From the IMG/VR virus record IMGVR_UViG_2639762987_000002: a stretch of DNA of 64,000 nucleotides; one strand, given 5' to 3'. Source of the DNA: a virus. Taxonomy: Duplodnaviria; Heunggongvirae; Uroviricota; Caudoviricetes. The notes under the pieces were generated by a model. That model was not told where the DNA came from and made no database searches. It was given only the letters and a program-made list of their open reading frames with translations. A program made the position numbers and the translations under genes. Each line of letters begins with the position of its first letter. The stretch's first letter is position 1. Below, piece by piece: positions 51,318 to 60,298 of the stretch.

Positions 51318-51392
51318 CAATCACCTTTAAAATAAGTAGATGATTACTTATCTTTCTGTGAGAATACTTTCATCTGTTAGCTAGGAGTTGGT

Positions 51393-52169
51393 ATGAAAGA
51401 CGAAATTCAGAAATTAGCCTGCGACATCATTGATAAAACTGGTTTAGAAATCAGCGAGAGCAATCGACTAGACATCATTGAAAAAGCGGTAAAAACAGCA
51501 ATGGATCATATCGCCACTCGTTTGGTCGAGATCCCGCTACCGGGGCTACCTTATCTGAAGGTTAAGTTACACGTATGGGGTGAACCTTCTTGTGCACGAC
51601 GTTCTGCATTAGTTGTTTTTATTAGCAAAGAAAACCCGCTCAGTCTTAAAGTGCAGGTTGGAGCATGGCTTGATGGCAGAGTGATCTACACAAATACCGT
51701 TTTTTGTCTTTCAAACGATGAAACTATTGAAGCGGCCATTCAAGAAGCAGTTCTAGCAATGCGCAGCAGCGGTTTGATGAAGAATAACTACGAAGAGTAC
51801 TTGCGTTCGATAAGTGGTGAAAAGACATTATCTCTGAAAGCAGATTTCGTTACCCCGAAAAATCTGTTGGAAGTCTTGCTTAATAAAGGGGCTAATGATG
51901 CCGTAAATGTAATCAGAGAGAGTGAGTATGCGTCTCTTTGCGACATGTGCAAAAGCCAGTTGGATCTGGTGCATATCGTTATTGATGCTGGGAAGGCATG
52001 TGATGGCGTAATGGCGGAATTTGCTTGGAAGGTGGTCAGGATTGCTAACGAATTACCGATGATAGAGCAAGAGGCTAAATCATACGCCACCAATCATGTC
52101 ACAGAGCTTCTTGCCCCCTATCGCTTAGAAAGCAATCAGCGCAAGATGATTAGCTGGGGAAGTTGGTAA
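51393..52169 (+). CDS. hypothetical protein (258 aa)
   Basis: ORF; motif-2 palindrome upstream. Confidence 0.55.
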   Translation: MKDEIQKLACDIIDKTGLEISESNRLDIIEKAVKTAMDHIATRLVEIPLPGLPYLKVKLHVWGEPSCARRSALVVFISKENPLSLKVQVGAWLDGRVIYTNTVFCLSNDETIEAAIQEAVLAMRSSGLMKNNYEEYLRSISGEKTLSLKADFVTPKNLLEVLLNKGANDAVNVIRESEYASLCDMCKSQLDLVHIVIDAGKACDGVMAEFAWKVVRIANELPMIEQEAKSYATNHVTELLAPYRLESNQRKMISWGSW

Positions 52170-52224
52170 TCTCTCCGCGCGTCGTTTTTTACGCAAATAA
52201 CGATAGGTAAGTACAAGATTATTT

Positions 52225-52707
52225 ATGGCGGTAGTTGTGAAAGCTGACTTGTCAAAAATCCCCTCTATTTCAGGAAATAATGGTTATTCACTTCGTTGTG
52301 AGGAAGTAAAGATAAACGGTGAGTCGGCATATTGCAGCTACTCCGTTTGCCAGCACACCATTCTTGCCTTCAAAGAAAACCGTCTTCCTCGAACTTCATT
52401 CCAGTCGTGCGCAACCGCTATCAAAGCAGGCAAATGCAAGGCGTTAAAAATGATGGTTGAAGAGATTCGTAAAGGAGAATCTCTGTATTTCGAAGATATG
52501 ACCGTGCTCATTAAGGAGGTTGAAGAACGGAATAAACAAGCCAGAACTTTAAAACGAAAACGTGACAGTGTAACGATTAATGGCATGGTTAAGAAGAGCA
52601 CCACATCACAAACAGCGATCACTGACGTGTATGCGGCGTTGCTTGAAGAAACAACAAAAGAAACACATGAGCAAATCGATCAACATATGGAGGTAAAACA
52701 ACAATGA
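52225..52707 (+). CDS. hypothetical Cys-rich protein (160 aa)
   Basis: ORF. Confidence 0.5.
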   Translation: MAVVVKADLSKIPSISGNNGYSLRCEEVKINGESAYCSYSVCQHTILAFKENRLPRTSFQSCATAIKAGKCKALKMMVEEIRKGESLYFEDMTVLIKEVEERNKQARTLKRKRDSVTINGMVKKSTTSQTAITDVYAALLEETTKETHEQIDQHMEVKQQ

Positions 52708-54026
52708 AAAAGTTGATCGCACTTAAGCATAAGCTGGACGAAATGAAAGCTATGGGAACCAATGCAAAAAAAGAGGCATTGGCCAACATGGATGACTTCG
52801 AGCAAAGCATGGTTTCATTGATGCTCAACCCTTTCATCCGTTTTGGGGTAAAGAAATACAAAGTGGCAGAGCCGCTTAGTGAGTCCATCCCAAGTGACGA
52901 AAAAGCCATTGATGTACTGAATAAGCTGGCCTCTCGCGAGCTAACGGGGAACGCAGCAATAGCAGCTGTTGAGTCTATCGTGGCGTCAATGTGCGCCGAT
53001 GGGCAGGACGTGTTCCGTCGTTTCCTCTTAAAAGACCCGAAAGCAGGTGTTGGGATTAGCCTATGCAACAAGGTTTTTGAAAATCCCATTCCGAAATTCG
53101 AGGTGCAGCTGGCGTCACCGTATAAAGAAAAAGGCGACAAATACCCCTTCAAGCCAAATCCTAAAGCAAAATGGCCGATGATTGGCAGTCTTAAGCTCGA
53201 TGGTTTGCGAGTAATTTGCGAGGTTATTGTTGACGAGGAAGAGGTTAACTTCCTTTCTCGTACTGGTAATCCAATCACGTCTCTCGATCACCTAAAGCCA
53301 GCAATGCTCGAATTAGGCAAACTTTCAGGCCACAAACACATCTTCTTCGATGGTGAAGGAACTGCCGGTTCATTTAACCAGTCCGTATCTGCATTGCGCA
53401 AAAAGAACGTGCAGGCAATTGGCGCTATTTATCATGTTTTCGACTTCTTCCTACCGGAATGGCGAGCACAGGCTAAATCCAAAGAGTATGCAAAGACAGG
53501 TATGAAGCTGAAAGAGCGCCTGGCTATGCTGGTGGCGTTGTTCAAAAACGATCGCAGTGAAGGCTACACACAAGACATTCACCTGCATCCGTTCTATATC
53601 ATCCATAGCCACGAAGACTTCATCGAACGCTTCATGAAACGCCTGGACGATAACGAAGAAGGGGAGATGGGCAAAGATCCGAACTCTGTTTACGAGTTTA
53701 AACGTACCCGCAGCTGGTGGAAGTTAAAAGACGAAGATTCAGAAGATGGTGAAATTATCGACTTTGAGCCGGGCGACCCGGACTCTGGTTTTGCCAACAC
53801 ACTTGGAAAAATTGTTATTCGTCTTGAAAACGGCGTCATCGTTCGTGCGAGCGGCATTAAGCATAAATATCTGGATGAGTTCTGGAACAACAAAGAGAAG
53901 TACCGTGGTCGTATTGTCGAGGTTCATTGTCACGAGAAAACACCGGACGGCAGCTTACGCCACCCACGACTGAAATGGCCGCGTTGCTTACGCGATACAG
54001 AAGATCGAATCGGAGATAAAGAATGA
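52704..54026 (+). CDS. ATP-dependent DNA ligase (440 aa)
   Basis: Adenylation motif I KLDG in IGSLKLDGLRVI. Confidence 0.75.
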   Translation: MKKLIALKHKLDEMKAMGTNAKKEALANMDDFEQSMVSLMLNPFIRFGVKKYKVAEPLSESIPSDEKAIDVLNKLASRELTGNAAIAAVESIVASMCADGQDVFRRFLLKDPKAGVGISLCNKVFENPIPKFEVQLASPYKEKGDKYPFKPNPKAKWPMIGSLKLDGLRVICEVIVDEEEVNFLSRTGNPITSLDHLKPAMLELGKLSGHKHIFFDGEGTAGSFNQSVSALRKKNVQAIGAIYHVFDFFLPEWRAQAKSKEYAKTGMKLKERLAMLVALFKNDRSEGYTQDIHLHPFYIIHSHEDFIERFMKRLDDNEEGEMGKDPNSVYEFKRTRSWWKLKDEDSEDGEIIDFEPGDPDSGFANTLGKIVIRLENGVIVRASGIKHKYLDEFWNNKEKYRGRIVEVHCHEKTPDGSLRHPRLKWPRCLRDTEDRIGDKE

Positions 54027-54202
54027 TGCTCGGCTGGATGATTGCATTTTTAGCAGTTGGTTTTTTCATAGGTATTGTGGTGATGTCCAGTTGCATCAAT
54101 GACTACATTAAAAGCGGTGTTATAGAAAGACGCGGTCGTATTTATCGCATTGTAGAAATAACCAACACCCTGAAGGAGATTAAGGATGATCGTATTAAGT
54201 AA
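54023..54202 (+). CDS. small membrane protein (59 aa)
   Basis: Hand-translated MMLGWMIAFLAVGFFIGIVVMSSCINDYIKSGVIERRGRIYRIVEITN...; paralogous to 54398..54550. Confidence 0.4.
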   Translation: MMLGWMIAFLAVGFFIGIVVMSSCINDYIKSGVIERRGRIYRIVEITNTLKEIKDDRIK

Positions 54203-54401
54203 ACGGGAGAAGGAAACGCTTCATGAAATCAGTAAGTGGCCGGAGTTCCCTGAGTACTGGAAGCCTAAAACGCGAGCTAAGTTAGAGCGTTTAGGGTTGG
54301 TTGCAAACGTTTCTGAAACGTGGTGTTCGGCCAACTACCAGTTAACTGATAAAGGGAAAGTATTGCTACAGCAATTAGTAGAATCAGGAGTGTTAAAATG
54401 A
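54186..54401 (+). CDS. hypothetical protein (71 aa)
   Basis: ORF with RBS ggagat. Confidence 0.45.
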   Translation: MIVLSKREKETLHEISKWPEFPEYWKPKTRAKLERLGLVANVSETWCSANYQLTDKGKVLLQQLVESGVLK

Positions 54402-54550
54402 TTCCATACATCTCATTAGCTTTTATGGGTGGCTTCCTTATCGGCTTCGGCATCTGTCGTGATTTAATTAAGCAGGAACTTAAAACCAAAACACTGTGCA
54501 TCGGAAAGCGTGTGTATCGGGTAGTTCATGAAACAAAGGTGAAAAAATGA
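54398..54550 (+). CDS. small membrane protein, paralogue of 54023..54202 (50 aa)
   Basis: Hand-translated MIPYISLAFMGGFLIGFGICRDLIKQELKTKTLCIGKRVYRVVHETKVKK. Confidence 0.4.
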   Translation: MIPYISLAFMGGFLIGFGICRDLIKQELKTKTLCIGKRVYRVVHETKVKK

Positions 54551-54837
54551 GCAATTTAACTTCTTGGGAATGGTGGTTGGCCACCTATTTCTTAGCGGCC
54601 GGAGTCGCATTCGCCTTTTACGTAGGTCAGTTAGTCGTAAAACTGTTGCTGATTAAATTTGCTAGTCATAAACGTATCGATGATGGTCTGTGGCGTCTTG
54701 GCACCCTAGTGGAAACTCGCTACGGGCAACTTAAGGAGAACGAAACCATTACTATCCAAGCGAAACGATTCACTGCCACCATTACAAGAACACCTAGTCG
54801 TAGAGTGGCCTTGATCAAAAAAGTCACAACCGAATAA
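54547..54837 (+). CDS. membrane protein (96 aa)
   Basis: N-terminal TM helix WWLATYFLAAGVAFAFYVGQLVV. Confidence 0.5.
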   Translation: MSNLTSWEWWLATYFLAAGVAFAFYVGQLVVKLLLIKFASHKRIDDGLWRLGTLVETRYGQLKENETITIQAKRFTATITRTPSRRVALIKKVTTE

Positions 54838-55615
54838 AAACATATTGATAAGTATTTACTTACTTATCTTTTGTGTATAAGATGACTTTGTTTTCGTTGA
54901 GACGCGACTGTTTGAACTTAAATACAAGTGCAAACGAAGAAGTCTATCTGGCAGTAGCCTAATAAGCCAAACACCAGCGAGGTCAGTTTCCAGCCTCGTT
55001 ACCGAAATGGGACACACTGAGCGAGTGTGATTGCAGAACGCAGGAGGGAACATTCATGTTCCCTCCGATGAAGTAACAGAATGGGCGGTTGGTATATTTT
55101 CAACTCCATATGACTCCCGGATTCTTAGCCACTGACCGCCCATCCTGTTACGTCATTTTGTTCAATTATGTCGTTTATACTGGGTTAAAAAGCGGCGACG
55201 TAGCCCGGCTGGTATGGTTAGCCAGCACACAACGTTGAGGCCATTACATTTTTATCAATTCTAAGGTTCTATTCACAGAGATACCGGCGAGCGTTGATAT
55301 GTAACATGTTGGGCAAACATTCAATCGGAGTAGTGGCCTCAACGTTGTGAAGACGGGATTGTTGTGTAGGTTTAACCACTGTTGCCATTGGTGCCTGTTT
55401 TCACAACAAATGATTCCATACATCACATTGTATAAATTACAAAGTAGGTGCTGTCCTCAGAAACATCATCTACTTAAAGATTTTGCCTTCTACTATTGAG
55501 CGAAGTCGAAAGCGTCTGGCACTAACGAAAAGTGCAAGTAGCGGTGCGTTTCCTGGCAGAAACTAAACCGTCGCGATTGGCACTGTTGAGTAATAAATAC
55601 TGGCAGTGCTGAATT

Positions 55616-55690
55616 GATGGTGTAGCTCAGCGGTAGAGCAGTTGGCTGTTAACCAACTGGTCGGTGGTTCGAATCCACCCACCATCGCCA
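55616..55690 (+). tRNA. tRNA-Asn (anticodon GTT)
   Basis: Hand-folded cloverleaf: acceptor gatggtg/caccatc, anticodon loop ctGTTaa, T-loop ttcgaat, encoded CCA. Confidence 0.85.
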
Positions 55691-55695
55691 ATTTA

Positions 55696-55782
55696 GGGGA
55701 GTTAGTCCGTAGAGGTAGCGGTGTAGACTGTAAATCTACTGTCATGGCGACTCGGGTGGTTCGACTCCATCACTCCCCACCA
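55696..55782 (+). tRNA. tRNA-Tyr (anticodon GTA), long variable arm
   Basis: Acceptor ggggagt/actcccc, anticodon stem-loop gtaga-ctGTAaa-tctac, 87 nt, encoded CCA. Confidence 0.8.
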
Positions 55783-55786
55783 AATT

Positions 55787-55862
55787 GCCGGTTTAGCTCA
55801 GTTGGTAGAGCGCCTGCCTTGTAAGCAGGATGTCAGCGGTTCGAGTCCGTTAACCGGCACCA
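55787..55862 (+). tRNA. tRNA-Thr (anticodon TGT)
   Basis: Acceptor gccggtt/aaccggc, D-arm gctcagttggtagagc, anticodon loop ctTGTaa, encoded CCA. Confidence 0.85.
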
Positions 55863-56079
55863 ACACAACAGGAAAGAGCATTGAAAACCGCCGAGACTGC
55901 CCTGTTTTAAGCGTAAGTCCGTGCAAACGTCATACAGTGCTCTTTTCGTTGTGGTTGATGCGCAGACTGATGCGCGGAAAGAAATGCCCCAGCGACACAC
56001 GAGGCGAGTTCACACACTGCAATGCAGTCAGTAGCCGGGGTCGCTAAGCCGGAGATCAGTACCGGTAACCACAACAATT

Positions 56080-56166
56080 GGAGAGTAGGGAGCATGGTGC
56101 TCAAGCGGTCTTGAAAACCGTCCCATTGTGCAAACGATGATGGTTCGATTCCATTACTCTCCGCCA
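56080..56166 (+). tRNA. tRNA-Ser (anticodon TGA), long variable arm
   Basis: Acceptor ggagagt/actctcc, anticodon loop ctTGAaa, 87 nt, encoded CCA. Confidence 0.8.
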
Positions 56167-56278
56167 GACACAGCGTTGAGCGGTTTGGCCTTTTAATCAA
56201 CTCGATTAAGACTCCGCTAACATAAACCAGACCGCTCAACGCTGTGATAGATAATTACGGCAGACGTTCTTAACCATA

Positions 56279-56346
56279 GCTTGCTAACATCCTAGCAACA
56301 CTTTTTTCAGCGCAAAATTCAAAGGGGCTTCGGCCCCTTTTTTGTT
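56279..56346 (+). terminator. Two tandem Rho-independent terminators after the tRNA cluster
   Basis: ttgctaacatcctagcaa plus cactttttt, then ggggcttcggcccc plus ttttttt. Confidence 0.8.
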
Positions 56347-56358
56347 GAACAGTGCAAT

Positions 56359-57621
56359 TTACTTTGCATAGTCGCCCAATTTTAATATTTCGCGCTTATA
56401 TTCATTAACCATGCTACTGGATTCAGTATAAATTCGATTTAAAAGATTATCGTTATCTTTATTTTCATTTATCTTAATTAGTGCTAATTTATATTCATAG
56501 TCATCAAATGCCACAATTAAATGGTGGCCTGGGATTATATCTTCGTCACTCTTAAAGTATATATCTTCAAGTATGTAATCTAGTTGATTAGATTTTCTTT
56601 TCTCGATGTAATCTTCAGCCATAGCTATTACATCATTCCTGTCATTTAACCTGTTTTTTTCGGAAGGCACATCTTCGTAATGTTGCACGATTGAACAACC
56701 AATAAGGCGTGGGATGTAAACGTCAAAATGAGTAACTCTATCATTCGCGGTTTTAAGTAGTTCCTCAAAGTAGTTTCTTACATGTAAAGGCAACTTCTCA
56801 AAGTAATCATTAATTATAGGAGAACAAGGAGTTTTATAATTCATAAGAACCGACGGTACGAGCTTTGGGTGTCGAAACATCCAGTCCCTTTTAACGTCCG
56901 ATGGAACATAATAACTTTTAATGATATTATCAAAATAATTTATCATTCGAGATTTGAATATTTTGTTGAATCTAAGGTTTATGAATGTATCCAGATAAGG
57001 CATATTTGAATAAGCATCATCAAAAAATATTTCTTCATTGAAGAAATCATATTTATTTAATAAATAAAACAGTTTTTCCGAATTAATATGTTCACAATAA
57101 TCGATTTTTAATCCAAAGATAGCAATGATCAACTTCATCTGAGGTGGGATTTTAAAAATTAATTGTGACACATACGCTCTTTTTTCCTTGAGACATTCCC
57201 CATCAATATAAAATGAACCATCCACATACTCAAATATATTAATAATATGCTTCACATACTGTATTACCTCATGCTGTCTTACCAATGGATAATATAGTCT
57301 ATGTAACTCATCGCTGTTTAAATTAATTTTGTGTTTATCGATAATTTGTTTTGCAAGAAGACATAACTCATCATGTTGATTTAATAAGGAATCAAACCAT
57401 TGTTTAAATGCACTCTTTCGCATTTCGAACAATGATTCAGTTGTTAATTGAAGGGCTGAAAAAGCCGCTTTTGCACTTTTTCTCGCTTCGTAGGCATTCC
57501 ATGCTGTTGCTATAAAAGCAAATGCTGTAGCCAATGTTCCAACAGTTTGACCATTTAAAACAACCCAATCCCAAAAAATGACGGTGAGCAGTAGTATAAT
57601 AATGAAAATTAAAAAAGGCAT
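56359..57621 (-). CDS. AT-rich membrane-anchored protein of unknown function (420 aa)
   Basis: Visibly AT-rich versus neighbours; N-terminal hydrophobic helices (FLIFIIILLLTVIFWDWVV, TLATAFAFIATAW); no catalytic motif recognised. Confidence 0.7.
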   Translation of the reverse strand: MPFLIFIIILLLTVIFWDWVVLNGQTVGTLATAFAFIATAWNAYEARKSAKAAFSALQLTTESLFEMRKSAFKQWFDSLLNQHDELCLLAKQIIDKHKINLNSDELHRLYYPLVRQHEVIQYVKHIINIFEYVDGSFYIDGECLKEKRAYVSQLIFKIPPQMKLIIAIFGLKIDYCEHINSEKLFYLLNKYDFFNEEIFFDDAYSNMPYLDTFINLRFNKIFKSRMINYFDNIIKSYYVPSDVKRDWMFRHPKLVPSVLMNYKTPCSPIINDYFEKLPLHVRNYFEELLKTANDRVTHFDVYIPRLIGCSIVQHYEDVPSEKNRLNDRNDVIAMAEDYIEKRKSNQLDYILEDIYFKSDEDIIPGHHLIVAFDDYEYKLALIKINENKDNDNLLNRIYTESSSMVNEYKREILKLGDYAK

Positions 57622-57729
57622 GTATGTATTTCACTCTACTAACTATAAAATATTAGGCTAATGTTAACCAAACAATGCCTTAATTAATAGATTGATCGAG
57701 GCTTTAATAGCTTTATAATGCAGACCGCA

Positions 57730-57755
57730 AAGATAGGTATGCACATACCTATCTT
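57730..57755. promoter_or_regulatory. 26-bp operator-like palindrome with 11-bp perfect arms
   Basis: aagataggtat gcac atacctatctt, followed by gtaagtaaagttac. Confidence 0.5.
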
Positions 57756-57795
57756 CTTTGTAAGTAAAGTTACATATCAATTCTACGAGGTCACA

Positions 57796-58041
57796 ATGAC
57801 GATCACTATCTACGGACGAGATAACTGCTCATACTGCAAACGTGCGGTCGAGCTGGCGAAGCAACTAAAGGGACATGGCTACGGTGATTATGAGTACATC
57901 GACATCACCACTGCCGGTATCGACAAGGAAAAACTAAGTGAAATTGTTGGTAAACCGGTAGAGACTATCCCCCAAGTGCTGATCGATGGCCAACCGATTG
58001 GCGGATACACAGAACTGGCTGCATACGTCAGCACCCTCTGA
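57796..58041 (+). CDS. grxA: glutaredoxin 1-like protein (81 aa)
   Basis: CSYC active site and GKPVETIPQVLIDGQPIGGYTELAAYV, closely resembling E. coli GrxA from memory. Confidence 0.8.
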   Translation: MTITIYGRDNCSYCKRAVELAKQLKGHGYGDYEYIDITTAGIDKEKLSEIVGKPVETIPQVLIDGQPIGGYTELAAYVSTL

Positions 58042-58046
58042 TTTTA

Positions 58047-58070
58047 ACGGCTCACAGGAGCCGTTTTTAT
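58047..58070 (+). terminator. Rho-independent terminator
   Basis: Hairpin acggctcacaggagccgt followed by ttttt. Confidence 0.75.
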
Positions 58071-58251
58071 TCCCACCAAACTCACTCCCGTTTCCCTTAA
58101 AATTCAAAAAACAACGTCAAAATGATTCCATACCTACTATGTATGGAATCATTGCTGAAAATGAGTTACTTTTACTCTTGATCCTATAAGAATCTATGCC
58201 TAATATACTGTTTACTTATACAGTGCATCGGCGTAACTCGGTGATTGTCAT

Positions 58252-59355
58252 ATGAAAAATAGCTTTGACAGAGCACGCGCTGCGGAGAACACCTCAAAAG
58301 AGGCGATAGAGTATCTCGAAAGAGCATCTCAAATGCAGGCCGTTATGATCTCGCAGGTTAGCAATGACATGAGATTCTCGGACGCATTCATGTTATTCAC
58401 TCGCTTATCTCTGCTGATAACCAGACGTCGGCCAGAGATCGCTGTTCATTGTATTTTGATACATGTTTTGCCGCACATTGCCGATGTAAAAGTAAGTGAC
58501 ATTAATAGGTTCATGGTGAACCAACTGGTCAACCCACTAATACTGGATGGCAAAATTGTTATGGGCCGCCGCGTTTTCTCTCTGATGAAGCAGTTCCTTA
58601 GCTGGTGCGCCTTCCAGGGGATGATAGACGTGTCACCGTTAAACGATATGTCACTAAACAAAGTTGCCGGTGGCGCAAAGCCCACACCTCGCGAGCGGAA
58701 GCTGACCGACGCAGAGGTATGGGTGTTCTGGAATATATGGGACTACTTCAATGTGTGCGCTGGTACAAAATGGGCGGCCAGGCTGTGTCTTGTATCCGCA
58801 AGACGACCTGACGAAGTACTGCGGGCTAAAAAAAGTGAGTTCAATCTTAAGCGTGGGGTTTGGAATCAAGGCAAGAGGAACAAATCTGCCCGTGAGCATT
58901 CGCTGCCTTTAAGCACATTAATGCGCACATGTATTGAAGAGTTGTTCGAATACGGTAAAGGCAGCCAGTGGCTCGTGCCTTCGAATAAAAAAATCGGGAA
59001 AGACCTTCCTATGTCTAAAGTGGCAATAGCCCAGGCATTACGTCGTATCCTGGAACGACCAGAACTGATGGAGCTTGAGCCATTTACACCCCGAGACTTG
59101 CGCCGTACTGCGCGTAGTTACTTCCCAGCATTAGGCATAAGCCAGGAGGTATCACGTAAAATCATGAACCACAGTCTTGAGGGGATAGATCGAGTCTACG
59201 ACCGGCACGATTATATGGACGAGATGCGAGACGCCTTAGAAAGTTTCTCGACGTACATCGCATCAATCGTAGAGCAACCGGATTTAGACGAAATTGACCA
59301 CAAATTTAAGGGAGATCGTCTATCAACAGAGCTTATTCGTGTAAATTTTTCATAG
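58252..59355 (+). CDS. int: tyrosine recombinase / integrase (367 aa)
   Basis: C-terminal catalytic region with conserved R (PRDLRRTARS), HxxR-like and Y (VYDRHDY) residues. Confidence 0.8.
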   Translation: MKNSFDRARAAENTSKEAIEYLERASQMQAVMISQVSNDMRFSDAFMLFTRLSLLITRRRPEIAVHCILIHVLPHIADVKVSDINRFMVNQLVNPLILDGKIVMGRRVFSLMKQFLSWCAFQGMIDVSPLNDMSLNKVAGGAKPTPRERKLTDAEVWVFWNIWDYFNVCAGTKWAARLCLVSARRPDEVLRAKKSEFNLKRGVWNQGKRNKSAREHSLPLSTLMRTCIEELFEYGKGSQWLVPSNKKIGKDLPMSKVAIAQALRRILERPELMELEPFTPRDLRRTARSYFPALGISQEVSRKIMNHSLEGIDRVYDRHDYMDEMRDALESFSTYIASIVEQPDLDEIDHKFKGDRLSTELIRVNFS

Positions 59356-59736
59356 AGACTTTATGGCCTCAACAACCTTTTGTGATGCGCCTTTCTCTTT
59401 ACCGAATCGCTCGTTATATGCAGCAAGAACCTGTTTTTCGTCCTCGTTAAGAGGAGCAGTGCCTTCTTTGTATAAAAATGCTGCGAGTTCGGGTTGGCGT
59501 TCTTCCAGCACCATCATCATAAGACGACTTGGCTCAATACCCAGTGCCAGCGCCAGCGGACGAACCTTATCGATAGGCAAAGGAATTTTGCCGCTTTTAA
59601 TTAAAGAAAGGTTGTTGGCGTTTTTATACCCAATTGTTTTGGCTATCTGGGCCTGGCTCATAGGTGAGGATTCAATCAACCCTGCGATAAAAGCAGCGTA
59701 GCGACTTTCTATAAATTCAATCTTGTTATCAGACAT
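59350..59736 (-). CDS. XRE-family HTH transcriptional regulator, repressor-like (128 aa)
   Basis: HTH SQAQIAKTIGYKNANNLSLIKSGK; divergent from the downstream + strand genes. Confidence 0.7.
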   Translation of the reverse strand: MSDNKIEFIESRYAAFIAGLIESSPMSQAQIAKTIGYKNANNLSLIKSGKIPLPIDKVRPLALALGIEPSRLMMMVLEERQPELAAFLYKEGTAPLNEDEKQVLAAYNERFGKEKGASQKVVEAIKSL

Positions 59737-59987
59737 GGTTACAACCTTTGCGCGTTCAATTCTCTCTGGTAAGTGCTTACCGATATTACATCAAAGGTTA
59801 GGGTTGTAAAGCTATTATCATTTTTTTCGATAGGCACTTAAAAGACCGGTTAAAGGCCATTGCACGGAGAAAAATTAGCCCAAAATAGGTAAGAAAATTA
59901 ACTTGCATATGATATGAATGTATTCAGTATTGATACAAATTTTAGTAGTATTCCTTACCATAGTATAAGTTAGAATGGATTGATTGA

Positions 59988-60200
59988 ATGAACACCACTA
60001 TTTCCAGCCTAATCGCTCTTGAGATCGGACACGTACAGAAATTAGCTGATGAGTGTGTAGCTGACATCCTCACCGATCTACCGAATGAGCAGATTCAGGT
60101 TGGTGTGAATGACACAACTGGCTTTATATTCGAACTTAACAACAAACGCTTCACGCTTCTCAATACCGGCTCCGAGTCTTTAGCCGTCAGAATCTGTTAA
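59988..60200 (+). CDS. hypothetical protein (70 aa)
   Basis: ORF. Confidence 0.4.
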   Translation: MNTTISSLIALEIGHVQKLADECVADILTDLPNEQIQVGVNDTTGFIFELNNKRFTLLNTGSESLAVRIC

Positions 60201-60298
60201 CCCCTCTTCTCCCTGCGCGAATGGCTTAGTTCCCTGTTCGCGCAGTGCTACATTAAACACACTAGTAAATAATTTGTTTTCATAACAAAGGATTAGCC

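Noticed and set aside
55083-55141. Possible fifth, truncated tRNA
   Set aside because: Has a 7-bp terminal stem but only 59 nt and no recognisable D, anticodon or T arms; kept only as a structured-RNA candidate.
55563-56239. ORFs overlapping the tRNA cluster (55563..55745, 55642..55824, 55802..56047, 55907..56239)
   Set aside because: The same DNA folds into four canonical tRNA cloverleaves with CCA ends; the ORFs are incidental.
58252-59355. Integrase marking the right end of a shorter prophage, with the CobT/CobS-like genes in a separate element
   Set aside because: Motif 1 and motif 2 copies continue at 60268, 62421 and 62481 beyond the integrase, so the element is contiguous across it.
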